22,710 nucleotides of DNA from the IMG/VR virus record IMGVR_UViG_3300021500_000037, one strand, 5' to 3'. Below the pieces are notes generated by a model that saw only the letters and a list, made by a program, of their open reading frames with translations, ran no database searches and had not been told where the DNA came from. Numbering within the stretch: position 1 is the first letter of the stretch; every line of letters starts with the position of its first letter. The position numbers and the translations under genes are program-made. This DNA is from a virus. Of this stretch, positions 1-8,308 are shown piece after piece.

Positions 1-141
1 ACAAGATTCAGACACAGTGGTACATCCCATGAGGCTTCATACCGATACAAGATTCAGACACAGTGGTACATCCCATGAGGCGTCATACCGATACATCCCA
101 TGAGGCTTCATACCGATACAAGATTCAGACACAGTGGTACA
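1..141. repeat. Modular tandem direct repeats A-B-A-B'-B-A
   Basis: A=ACAAGATTCAGACACAGTGGT (21 bp) at 1, 47, 118. B=ACATCCCATGAGGC(T/G)TCATACCGAT (25 bp) at 22, 68, 93. May continue left of the window. Confidence 0.95.
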
Positions 142-157
142 AAACCAATGAAGGTGA

Positions 158-3100
158 TCAATCGATTGTGTACTTGTCACCCACTTTTTTAATAGGTTTT
201 TCGCGCAATCGGAACATGTTTATGTTATCGTCGATCACCTGTTCGACAATTTCGGTGGTGAGCCCATCTGGCACGTCCATGCCTTTTAGCTCCAATAAGA
301 CGTGCATTGGGCTGAATTCTCTAAGCCCCTTACTGTAACCGAGGTAGAAAATACGTGACCTGATGGCATTAACAAGTTTCTGTGATTCTGTATCCGAAAA
401 ATCACCGACACGAACAACACGCTTTTTTCTAGCTGTTGTGTTTACTTCGTTTTCATCTCTTTTCCTATTAAATTCAACAAATAAGGGAAATGCGTGTTGT
501 TCGTGTAAAGAAGAAATGTCCTTTTTCTCGGTACCAGACAAGTTATCTCTTACCTTTATGAATCTCCATCCCCTCATTTTTTTACCATTTTCATCAAAAA
601 GATTCTCTGTGTAGTCCAATCCAGGTTTTGACATCATCTGCGACGTAAAAACCCTTCTTGTTTGTATTTTAGCCGTAGTGTTTCCATCTTCACAATATTT
701 TAGATATCGTTTATATATCTCATTCCCACCGATCTGATCATCCTCATCTGTTGTTACAGTAACCATGTCCATAAAAAACGATTCGATTGAATCCGCCCCT
801 TTGATATACATCCTCTCCACTTTTTTATAATCATCTGTGGTAAGGATGGTTCTATCTTCTTTTATGCGCTGCACGCCATCAAGAGCGTGATTCAGTATCC
901 CAGAAAGTTCTTCTTGCGTGGTTAGCTTTTTAAAAATGCCACGATCTTCTTTTTTACCAATGAACGTCTGTTTAAATTCCAAAAGCACTACCCGCCTCCA
1001 GAACGCGAGCGTTTTGTCCCTCGTTTGTGGCAGTTCATTCGCCGCATATATCAGTTTAGCGTGATTTACAAACGTAAACGGCTGTCCGTATTTCTTTTGA
1101 GCCTGTATTATATCTGTTCCTGACGATAGTGACTTCAGGTGACCTGTCTGGTACAATTCCTTGCTCGATAGATCACCAACCACATTAGCCAGCTTTCCAT
1201 ACAACTCAGCTGGTAGGAACGGATCATCGAGCCGCTGTAGTTCTACTCCTGATATGTTTTGGTGCCCTAAAAATTCTTTTAAGACATCTAACAACGTGCC
1301 CTTCCCATTTGCGCCGGAACCATGAAACATAAACCATTTCTGGATGTGATAATCACGTATCAAACAATAACCGAACAGATCGATGACCCTGATCCGGTCA
1401 TCCTCATCTGGTAGCACTTCTGATAAAAAATTATCAAACACAGGACATTTTGCCCCTGGATCATATCTAATCGATACCTGTGTGGTTGAATAATAATCCG
1501 GTGTATGTGGCATGAGTTTACGTGTGGTGATATTGAGGAGTCCGTTCCCGATGTTGATGATGTTCTCGTCCGCATCGATCTCGTCACGGTCCACATAAGT
1601 CAGTCGCTGGATGTGTCCAATTACCTCAGCGACAGAGTTCCTTGTGACTTTGACCCCTTCCATGATGTTCTCAAGCATCCTCTTGATGTAAACCTCTCCT
1701 CTGGGCTTGTACACGCCACCATCATAGTAAAAAACCTCTTCCGTGTCGGTTAGAGTGATGAAACGTTCACCAGATTCGTTGATAACCCAGCGTGCGAACG
1801 CATTCGGGTCAAACCCGATCACCTTGCCTGTGGTCTCATTGTAAGTTATAAAACTGTCCCCATCCACGTCCCATTTCTTCTTTTTTAGTGTTTTAACCGC
1901 ATTGATTATTTCACTGACAACGTGATCATCGAGTTGGTAATGCCGTGCCACTGCCGACTGTATGAACGCCATCCGTTCGACCGGTTCCATCGCAGCCAGT
2001 TCTTTGACAACAAATGATCTCGCTGCCCGTGCGCTGTCGGTAACGCTGGTCGGGACCTCCTGCTGTGTGAGTTTCATGTCCCAGACCGACATACCTTCGT
2101 CACACAATTGTTTAAATTCCTCGAAAGTATGTGTGCGAAGATACTCGGCGATGTCCATCTTCTCATCGCCGTTTTCAACCGGCAGCCTAACGACCTTTGT
2201 GTTTACTCCGTTAACTGTGAGATACTCGGCGGTCTGTATTGATCCCTTGATGCCAGCAGCGTCGGTGTCGTTGCATACAAACACCTCCTTGAACCGCTTC
2301 GCGATCTTGAGGAGCCTCATACAGTCCGCTTTTCTGAACTTGGTCGTGACCGGGCTGATGCACGCCATCCCTCCGTTCAGCACGGCTATACAATCGGTGA
2401 CTCCCTCCGTGATAACGAGCCGGTCATTCACGCCCCTGGTCGAGTCCATACCATACAGGTAACGGTTTTCAACCTGTGGACTTATGTAATCGTTTTTGGG
2501 ATCGTTTGTTTTTAGTTTTTTGTATTTCCCTGACTCGTATTTGTTTTTAGGAGTCCATTTTGACTGCCTGGCTATAAAATACACAACGTGACCGTTGTAC
2601 CAATATGGGAATATGATCCTCCCGATAAACTGGTCCATCCATCCTCGTGACGTGCGTCTCACGAGACCGGATTTTTCAACGAGTGTATGATCGAAGACCT
2701 TTACCATTTCTCTGTATAACGCATCCCCTGTGGTCTTGGATATGCCGATCTTCAGCTCGTCTATAGTATCATCCGTGATACCCCATTTGTCCCGTATAGC
2801 GGCTCTATGGACGTCCAGCAGGTTACTGTGATAATACTCTGCAGCAGCCGTGTAGAGTGTCCGTATCTCCTGCAGTTCAATCCGTGCCTCTATGTCGCCT
2901 CTATCGATCTCGATACCCGCCTTATGTGCAGCGATCTCCAACACCTGTTGGAACTGTGTCCTGATATCGAGATCGTTCGCATCAGCGATCCAGTCCAGTA
3001 CGTCCCCGCCGGCGCCACAGTTCCAACACTTCCAGACCTGCTTCTTCTTGTTAACATTCAGGCTGCGCCCAGACTTGCTCTCGTGTTTTGGATGCTTTCC

Positions 3101-3208
3101 TACCCATTCATCACCGATTTGTGTTAGGTCAACAGTCTCCTGCACGACCTCAACAATGTCGAGTTTGTCTTTTATTTCATCAATAGTTGTGTCACGATGA
3201 TCTAACAT
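158..3208 (-). CDS. DnaG-type primase / D5-like SF3 helicase fusion (P4 alpha-like), 1016 aa
   Basis: N-terminal Zn finger (HPKH...CWNCGAGGD); DnaG core (FIGRIIFP...VYFIARQ); TOPRIM (ITEGVTD, NDTDAAG); D5_N-like region (INIGNGLLNI...PHTPDYYST...YDPGAKCPVF); SF3 Walker A GSGANGKGT, LANVVGDL, LIYAANELP; C-terminal winged-helix-like region. SD GAGGT upstream. Confidence 0.92.
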   Translation of the reverse strand: MLDHRDTTIDEIKDKLDIVEVVQETVDLTQIGDEWVGKHPKHESKSGRSLNVNKKKQVWKCWNCGAGGDVLDWIADANDLDIRTQFQQVLEIAAHKAGIEIDRGDIEARIELQEIRTLYTAAAEYYHSNLLDVHRAAIRDKWGITDDTIDELKIGISKTTGDALYREMVKVFDHTLVEKSGLVRRTSRGWMDQFIGRIIFPYWYNGHVVYFIARQSKWTPKNKYESGKYKKLKTNDPKNDYISPQVENRYLYGMDSTRGVNDRLVITEGVTDCIAVLNGGMACISPVTTKFRKADCMRLLKIAKRFKEVFVCNDTDAAGIKGSIQTAEYLTVNGVNTKVVRLPVENGDEKMDIAEYLRTHTFEEFKQLCDEGMSVWDMKLTQQEVPTSVTDSARAARSFVVKELAAMEPVERMAFIQSAVARHYQLDDHVVSEIINAVKTLKKKKWDVDGDSFITYNETTGKVIGFDPNAFARWVINESGERFITLTDTEEVFYYDGGVYKPRGEVYIKRMLENIMEGVKVTRNSVAEVIGHIQRLTYVDRDEIDADENIINIGNGLLNITTRKLMPHTPDYYSTTQVSIRYDPGAKCPVFDNFLSEVLPDEDDRIRVIDLFGYCLIRDYHIQKWFMFHGSGANGKGTLLDVLKEFLGHQNISGVELQRLDDPFLPAELYGKLANVVGDLSSKELYQTGHLKSLSSGTDIIQAQKKYGQPFTFVNHAKLIYAANELPQTRDKTLAFWRRVVLLEFKQTFIGKKEDRGIFKKLTTQEELSGILNHALDGVQRIKEDRTILTTDDYKKVERMYIKGADSIESFFMDMVTVTTDEDDQIGGNEIYKRYLKYCEDGNTTAKIQTRRVFTSQMMSKPGLDYTENLFDENGKKMRGWRFIKVRDNLSGTEKKDISSLHEQHAFPLFVEFNRKRDENEVNTTARKKRVVRVGDFSDTESQKLVNAIRSRIFYLGYSKGLREFSPMHVLLELKGMDVPDGLTTEIVEQVIDDNINMFRLREKPIKKVGDKYTID

Positions 3209-3268
3209 GCACGACCTCTATCCGTTTATGATGTTCGGAGCGGCGGCTATATGTGTTTCCTTTCGTGT

Positions 3269-3359
3269 TCCTTCACCACCGATGTTCATGGTTTCGCGAT
3301 CCTTCGTCACCATCACCACCGTCCACAGTGGTGAAGGACCGGCGGCGATCCACCGCCGG
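3269..3359. promoter_or_regulatory. Structured intergenic region between divergent genes
   Basis: 11-bp inverted repeat TCCTTCACCAC (3269-3279) / GTGGTGAAGGA (3328-3338), immediately followed by hairpin CCGGCGG-cgatcca-CCGCCGG (3339-3359). Confidence 0.4.
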
Positions 3360-3430
3360 CGAGATCAAAAGAGATCGCGTTAACATCTCTAAAACGAATG
3401 TACTTAAATGTTGTGCGCATTATCACCACT

Positions 3431-4093
3431 ATGGTTGTGATCATCCTTCCAACGAAAAACGAGGCAGCATCGATCCACACTGTCATTACAGACATCAGGA
3501 ACGTTTTCAACAGACGGATAATCGTGGTTGATGGTCATTCAGTAGATGGTACTCGCAAGATAGCACGTAAGTTGGGAGCCGATGTGATACTCGATCATGG
3601 TAAAGGCAAGGGTGACGCGCTCCGGACTGCGTTTGATTATGTTTTCGAGTATTCCAATGAAAGCGTTGTTTTCGTTGACGCTGATGGGAGCTACCCGGTT
3701 GATCGGATACCGGATTTGGTCAACGCGCTCAAAGATTGTGATATGGTGATCGGTGATCGGGTTGAATTCGCACCGGGATCATTATCATTTCTCTTCAGAT
3801 TAGGTGACTGGGTATCCAGAGCATTGTTCAGACTCCTCTACGGGCGAAAGCTCGATAACCTGTCCGGTTTCCGTGGTATGACCCGCAGCGCAATAGAGAA
3901 GATGAATCTCACAGAAGATGGTTTTGGCATCGAAACAGAAATCACAGCAAAGGCTGCGCGATTGGGTCTGCGGATAAAAAGTGTCCCGATAGAGTATTGG
4001 AAGCGCGATGGTAGATCGAAGTTCCGACCGGTCAGGGATGGTCTCACGGTCTTGCGGGCGATGATCCGGTACCGCTGGTGGAAGCCCGATTAA
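3431..4093 (+). CDS. GT2 glycosyltransferase, DPM1/polyprenol-phosphate glycosyltransferase-like, about 220 aa
   Basis: VIILPTKNE, VVDGHSVDGT, GKGKGDAL, DxD motif FVDADGSY, LSGFR, GFGIETEI. Start 3431 preferred over 3398 because it gives the canonical GT2 N-terminus and lies about 25 nt after TATA-like CTTAAAT (3403-3409). Confidence 0.9.
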   Translation: MVVIILPTKNEAASIHTVITDIRNVFNRRIIVVDGHSVDGTRKIARKLGADVILDHGKGKGDALRTAFDYVFEYSNESVVFVDADGSYPVDRIPDLVNALKDCDMVIGDRVEFAPGSLSFLFRLGDWVSRALFRLLYGRKLDNLSGFRGMTRSAIEKMNLTEDGFGIETEITAKAARLGLRIKSVPIEYWKRDGRSKFRPVRDGLTVLRAMIRYRWWKPD

Positions 4094-4673
4094 TTTTTTC
4101 CTCGATCTCTTTTTTGATGGTGGAATATGCGTTCGTTTCTGTGAACTTGATGTGTGATATGTACATCCCGTCACCATTCAGGTTCGTTGGCACCCAGATG
4201 AAATCTGATGAGCGTTTGGTGTATGCTCGCGTTGCTGCAACCATCGACATCTCAAACCCGTTTATTGTTCGTCCGCGCAATTGATACAGGTCGAAACTCA
4301 ATAAGACACGAGTGACTTTCTTCGATTCGTTGTATATTTTACGGGCGACGAATTCGTTTACAATGTCCGGTATCGCCGATTTTTTTACATCGTATAACAA
4401 ACCGAGAAACCTCACGTCGCTGAATGGTCTGTCCACGATCCTGCTGTTCCATTTAATCAACAGGTTCATAACATCGTCTGCTGAAAGGTCACACGTACCG
4501 AGTTTTATCTGCTCTGGTCCGTACCACAAGGTTGCTTTACCGGAATCGAAATCGGTTTCGATGGTGTAGAAGAGAACCTTTAGTTTTGGGTAGTGCCCTC
4601 TCAACTTGATATTCTGCTGGCTCAACCGTTCTTCAATATTCTTCCCGAATGTTGTTTTGTCTTCAGATGGCAT
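4044..4673 (-). CDS. Hypothetical protein, 209 aa
   Basis: Long ORF with SD-like GTGGTG, third gene of the JAB operon. Overlaps the GT2 3' end convergently by 50 nt. No family recognised with certainty. Confidence 0.75.
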   Translation of the reverse strand: MPSEDKTTFGKNIEERLSQQNIKLRGHYPKLKVLFYTIETDFDSGKATLWYGPEQIKLGTCDLSADDVMNLLIKWNSRIVDRPFSDVRFLGLLYDVKKSAIPDIVNEFVARKIYNESKKVTRVLLSFDLYQLRGRTINGFEMSMVAATRAYTKRSSDFIWVPTNLNGDGMYISHIKFTETNAYSTIKKEIEEKINRASTSGTGSSPARP

Positions 4674-4676
4674 GTT

Positions 4677-5405
4677 TTAGCACCACTGCACCACAATGCT
4701 GAAAGAACGCTTTAAATATTCTATCTGCTTATAGAATTGTCGGCGCTGTGTAGCGTCATCATATACAGGAATTACCCCCACATGTGCCGACACATTGGCT
4801 CCTCGTGAATCGGATGGTACCTTCCACATGCAAACAGCGCCTTTTGCTCCCTCCCAAATATCCCCCGGATATGGATCGATCTTTTGTTCCATTTTGTACT
4901 TCACCAAACTGCTATCGAATGATCCGTAACCAACTATCACGTCTCTATCCCCGACTTTACCACCTATGAAATCAACTATGCTCTCACCACGAAGTTGATT
5001 ATTGATATCGGCTGCAGATGGGAGGGGCAGCATGAACGGATGTGTGTGGTATGATCCGATTGGATTGCCGCCTGCCTCAATACATGTGGTCTTTGAGATG
5101 GTGACATGTGTACCTGAAGACTCCTGTCTGCGACAGTCTGTTAGTTTCACACCGTTCTCACCCAGATAGCAGACTGTGCAGCCGTACTCGGAAAACCATT
5201 TATTCACTTCTTCAAAAGGCATTATTTTTTGGTATGTTCCCTCTCGTTTTTTCACAATATCGATTACTGACTTGAGATCGACTACCCAATCCCGAATTTC
5301 CTCGTACGCTGGAACATTGTCAGCGATCATCTGACACATCGGGTCTTCAAGTTCGTCCAGAATGCCGAGAAGAAGATTTTTCGGAGAAATCTCTTCCTCC
5401 GTCAT
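4677..5405 (-). CDS. JAB/MPN+ (JAMM) domain protein, paralog 1, about 242 aa
   Basis: Upstream Glu (EYGC) and HxHx7Sx2D motif (HTHPFMLPLPSAAD). ATG at 5405 overlaps the upstream TGA (TGATG); ORF track GTG start at 5414 is less likely. Confidence 0.8.
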   Translation of the reverse strand: MTEEEISPKNLLLGILDELEDPMCQMIADNVPAYEEIRDWVVDLKSVIDIVKKREGTYQKIMPFEEVNKWFSEYGCTVCYLGENGVKLTDCRRQESSGTHVTISKTTCIEAGGNPIGSYHTHPFMLPLPSAADINNQLRGESIVDFIGGKVGDRDVIVGYGSFDSSLVKYKMEQKIDPYPGDIWEGAKGAVCMWKVPSDSRGANVSAHVGVIPVYDDATQRRQFYKQIEYLKRSFSIVVQWC

Positions 5406-6253
5406 CAGCACCACCGAATTATAACATCAAAAACATTCGATAGAGCAGTTACCTGTTCAGCGAACCCCACACGCTGCACATCTTCAGAATACACCGAAAG
5501 TTCATCCACCTCGCCTTCGCTCTCGTAATTATCCCAAAACACGTCAGGTATCTCTCCTGACTCCAGCTCCTCCCTGAATTCTGCGCGTTCGTCTTCGTCA
5601 TACATATCAGAAGAGAAAATGTAGTCGAAGTCTTCCAGTAGGTCTGATGCCATCGGACCCGGATTCTCCCGGTAGAATCTGATGACACCGATGGGCTCTC
5701 CTGGCATATCTCCCCACACTGTCCCACCAGGTCTAAAAATAGACATTGCTGCAAGGTGTCCGTATCGCATCTCGCTCGTCGGTCGCGGTGTGTAACCAAC
5801 AATCACATCCCTGCCACCGACCTTACCCCCGATAAAATCATAAGATGTCTTCCAGTTGAAGCCGCATAAGAGATCATCGTGACTCGGTATCGGCAGTCCA
5901 GTTGGATGTGTGTGGAAAGTCCCAACGCGTCTCCCCCCCTGGTGCACACAATCAATGATATCGATGGTACATCCAGCAGCGGTGTGTCCAGTATCGCAAT
6001 CGGTTAGTCGATATGCCTCACCGATCTTACATATCGTGCACCCGTGCTCTGCGAGATATTTCTCTGCCTCAAACATATCCATCATTCGATAAGACTGTGC
6101 TTCATCATCCATGTCTGGAGTAATAATCCAATCTTCGATCTCTTTATTCGGTACACAATGCCGCTCGATTCGATCACACATAGCATCCTTCATGGTGTTG
6201 AGGATGTGTTCGAGTATCTCCAGCCGTGAAACCATGTGTAACCATTTCTGCAC
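5405..6253 (-). CDS. JAB/MPN+ (JAMM) domain protein, paralog 2, about 280 aa
   Basis: EHGC and HTHPTGLPIPSHDD. Shares DFIGGKVGxRDVIVGY and a terminal WC with paralog 1; has an acidic insert. Start is GTG 6253 or ATG 6235. Confidence 0.8.
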   Translation of the reverse strand: MQKWLHMVSRLEILEHILNTMKDAMCDRIERHCVPNKEIEDWIITPDMDDEAQSYRMMDMFEAEKYLAEHGCTICKIGEAYRLTDCDTGHTAAGCTIDIIDCVHQGGRRVGTFHTHPTGLPIPSHDDLLCGFNWKTSYDFIGGKVGGRDVIVGYTPRPTSEMRYGHLAAMSIFRPGGTVWGDMPGEPIGVIRFYRENPGPMASDLLEDFDYIFSSDMYDEDERAEFREELESGEIPDVFWDNYESEGEVDELSVYSEDVQRVGFAEQVTALSNVFDVIIRWC

Positions 6254-6263
6254 CTTCTGGTAA

Positions 6264-6290
6264 AAACTTTCCTGACCAAAAGTTTATATA
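6264..6290 (+). promoter_or_regulatory. Archaeal BRE/TATA promoter with overlapping inverted repeat
   Basis: CCAAAAG (6276-6282) then TTTATATA (6283-6290). Inverted repeat AAACTTT-N8-AAAGTTT (6264-6285) overlaps it. Lies between divergent operons. Confidence 0.65.
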
Positions 6291-6368
6291 CCATTGATGA
6301 TGATGATAGCATTGGTGATACATTATGACCACTAAACCAAAACCAAGAATACCGGAGGCGTTGTCTCT

Positions 6369-6560
6369 ATGACGGTCAGTCTCAGCGCCCATATCAGTCA
6401 ATCCTCGCGGGATAAGTTGAGATTGTACCAGGAAGTACATGGTTTCCGCAATGTGTCAGATGCTCTTGAAAACATACTGACAGAGATGCCGGTGCCAAAT
6501 AGAAGGAATAGGGCTATGAATGACCCTAACCAGACAAAACTTCCTGGGGGTATAGAATGA
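6369..6560 (+). CDS. Small ribbon-helix-helix-like DNA-binding protein, 63 aa
   Basis: Alternating beta strand (SLSAHIS), helix, G-x-x-N-V-S-D-A-L turn and helix. SD GGAGG; ATGA overlap with PCNA. Confidence 0.6.
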   Translation: MTVSLSAHISQSSRDKLRLYQEVHGFRNVSDALENILTEMPVPNRRNRAMNDPNQTKLPGGIE

Positions 6561-7294
6561 AATTAGAAGCTGTGATCGAAGCACGCACCCTAAACGCGGT
6601 GTTGAAAGCCGTGCAGAGTGTCAGTCGTGAATGTGCCCTCGGCGTATGGTCTGATGGATTACATACTAGGGCGGTTGACCCCTCTATCGCTACGATGGTT
6701 GATGTGGAGATACCGGCAAGCGCGTTTCTGGAATATAGCGCAGATGAAGGTACGATCGGTATCAACGTCGACGCTCTTGCCGGGAAAACAAACACCTTCT
6801 CTGCCGGGGATGAGGTGAGCATCGTTTGGGATGATATCAACAAGAAAATAAACATCTCGTGTGACGGTGCCAAATGGGGTGTACGTGCAATCGATGCTAA
6901 CACCGTGCGAAAACCTCCTGAAATGCCGAACTTGGATTTGCCGCTCAACGTTGAAATTGACGCAGAAAGGTTTAAACGTATGTTGAAGAGGGCAGGGATG
7001 GTCAGTGAGTACATAACCATCGGGTTCGACGCGGATAAACTCTCTGAAGATACCTTCTATATATCAGCAATAGGAGAGATAGACGACTTCCGGGAAGATG
7101 TATCAGGCGCAGATATCACAATCAATGCAGCTGCCCCTCTTGAGACATTGTACACATACGAGATGATGTCATCTCTCGCAAAGAACTTCAGCGGTCTGGT
7201 ACGTATCCGTCTCGGCAGGGATCTCCCTATTGTATTCGACCTCAACATCGGTGTGCCGGTTACATTCCTCCTGGCACCACGGCTTGAGAGGTAA
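6557..7294 (+). CDS. pcn: PCNA sliding clamp, 245 aa
   Basis: RAVDPSIATMVDVEIPASAFLEY, GINVDAL, LGRDLP and C-terminal FLLAPRLE are PCNA signatures; length is typical. Confidence 0.95.
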   Translation: MKLEAVIEARTLNAVLKAVQSVSRECALGVWSDGLHTRAVDPSIATMVDVEIPASAFLEYSADEGTIGINVDALAGKTNTFSAGDEVSIVWDDINKKINISCDGAKWGVRAIDANTVRKPPEMPNLDLPLNVEIDAERFKRMLKRAGMVSEYITIGFDADKLSEDTFYISAIGEIDDFREDVSGADITINAAAPLETLYTYEMMSSLAKNFSGLVRIRLGRDLPIVFDLNIGVPVTFLLAPRLER

Positions 7295-7300
7295 TGTACA

Positions 7301-7903
7301 ATGCCAGAAAAATACGTGCATAAAATCCCTGCTGAAATCGTATCTGATGCCGCGACATACGCAGCATATCTGCTACGCGACACTGCCGAACAGGGATTCA
7401 AACCTCGTTTCGGAGGAGACTTGTGCAGTCACATAATCGGTAAAATCGGCGAGCTGCTCTTCATGGATGAACTGATTGAATCTGACATAGACGTCGGAGC
7501 AACGCCGTTTCGTGCACATTATGAACACCTGCACCCGACAGACGATTTCGTGTTGAACGTGGATGGTGATGAAATCCAGGTCGAGATCAAGACCGCGAAT
7601 GTTTTAAAACCGCTTGATGACATAGCAAGCGGTTTTAAATTTTTCCTAAACGCTGCACAGGCTCGAAAGCAGCCGTCGTCAGGTCACGCCGATGGCGACA
7701 GGTTGTACAACTGGGATTGGGTCGTTTGTATCTTCGTGAACCTGACCGACCTCACCTATCGCATCATGGGGTGTGTCGAGGTTGATCATGTTGATGTGTA
7801 TCCGATTGCCGGCAGCCGGCAGAGCAGGCACTACGAGATACCGATTGAGTTTCTGCTGCCAATACAATGCATCTGGGAGGATTGCCCATGGAAGGATCAG
7901 TGA
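7301..7903 (+). CDS. PD-(D/E)XK restriction-endonuclease-like nuclease, 200 aa
   Basis: GKIGE (motif I), PTDDF (acidic motif II), VEIKT (ExK motif III). Confidence 0.65.
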   Translation: MPEKYVHKIPAEIVSDAATYAAYLLRDTAEQGFKPRFGGDLCSHIIGKIGELLFMDELIESDIDVGATPFRAHYEHLHPTDDFVLNVDGDEIQVEIKTANVLKPLDDIASGFKFFLNAAQARKQPSSGHADGDRLYNWDWVVCIFVNLTDLTYRIMGCVEVDHVDVYPIAGSRQSRHYEIPIEFLLPIQCIWEDCPWKDQ

Positions 7904-8283
7904 AGATCGAATGTGATGATCATGTCCCCCATGTGATGTATGCGAACTCACACTGGTTCTTCGCCTACATTGATATAGGTTCGTCTGATCTGGTACACTT
8001 CATCACCCTACCTCCGGGTGAGAAGAACCCACGCCCCACATTTCGCGCTGGTGATAGAATCCGCGTGGATGGCGATCTCTACACAGTGATGAACTATCAG
8101 CTCGTGGTGTTTCCACGGGTATCCCCCGACCCGGATCAACCGTCCCCTCCAACATCTACATTTGTATTCGTGTACCGGGTCGCCCCTGTATCGGACACAA
8201 GTGACACAGAGCGGTGGATTGAGGTACCCGGGGAAGCTTACCGTATGCCGGATAACGACTCCCGTATAATTGAATCGGTATAA
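7888..8283 (+). CDS. Hypothetical protein, about 131 aa (paralog of next gene)
   Basis: SD GGAGG before ATG 7888; motif TFRAGDRIRVDGDLYTV. Confidence 0.7.
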   Translation: MEGSVKIECDDHVPHVMYANSHWFFAYIDIGSSDLVHFITLPPGEKNPRPTFRAGDRIRVDGDLYTVMNYQLVVFPRVSPDPDQPSPPTSTFVFVYRVAPVSDTSDTERWIEVPGEAYRMPDNDSRIIESV

Positions 8284-8308
8284 AAGCGTGTATTTTGGAG
8301 GATTGCCT

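Noticed and set aside
1-141. CRISPR array
   Set aside because: Modules repeat back to back with no unique spacers; no cas genes in the window.
63-3200. Alternative-frame and antisense ORFs over the primase-helicase (63..338, 363..614, 1360..1596, 1505..1753, 1962..2462, 2211..2393, 2807..3127, 2892..3200)
   Set aside because: Shadows of a well-supported gene with no motifs or SD; 63..338 also reads through the repeats.
6295-6307. (TGA)n microsatellite
   Set aside because: Only four units; not distinguishable from chance.
3253-6440. ORFs 3253..3531, 3313..3510, 3800..4177, 3838..4047, 4078..4284, 4312..4569, 4784..4969, 5449..5802, 5910..6092, 6044..6229, 6174..6440
   Set aside because: Overlap better-supported genes or the promoter region; no recognisable features.
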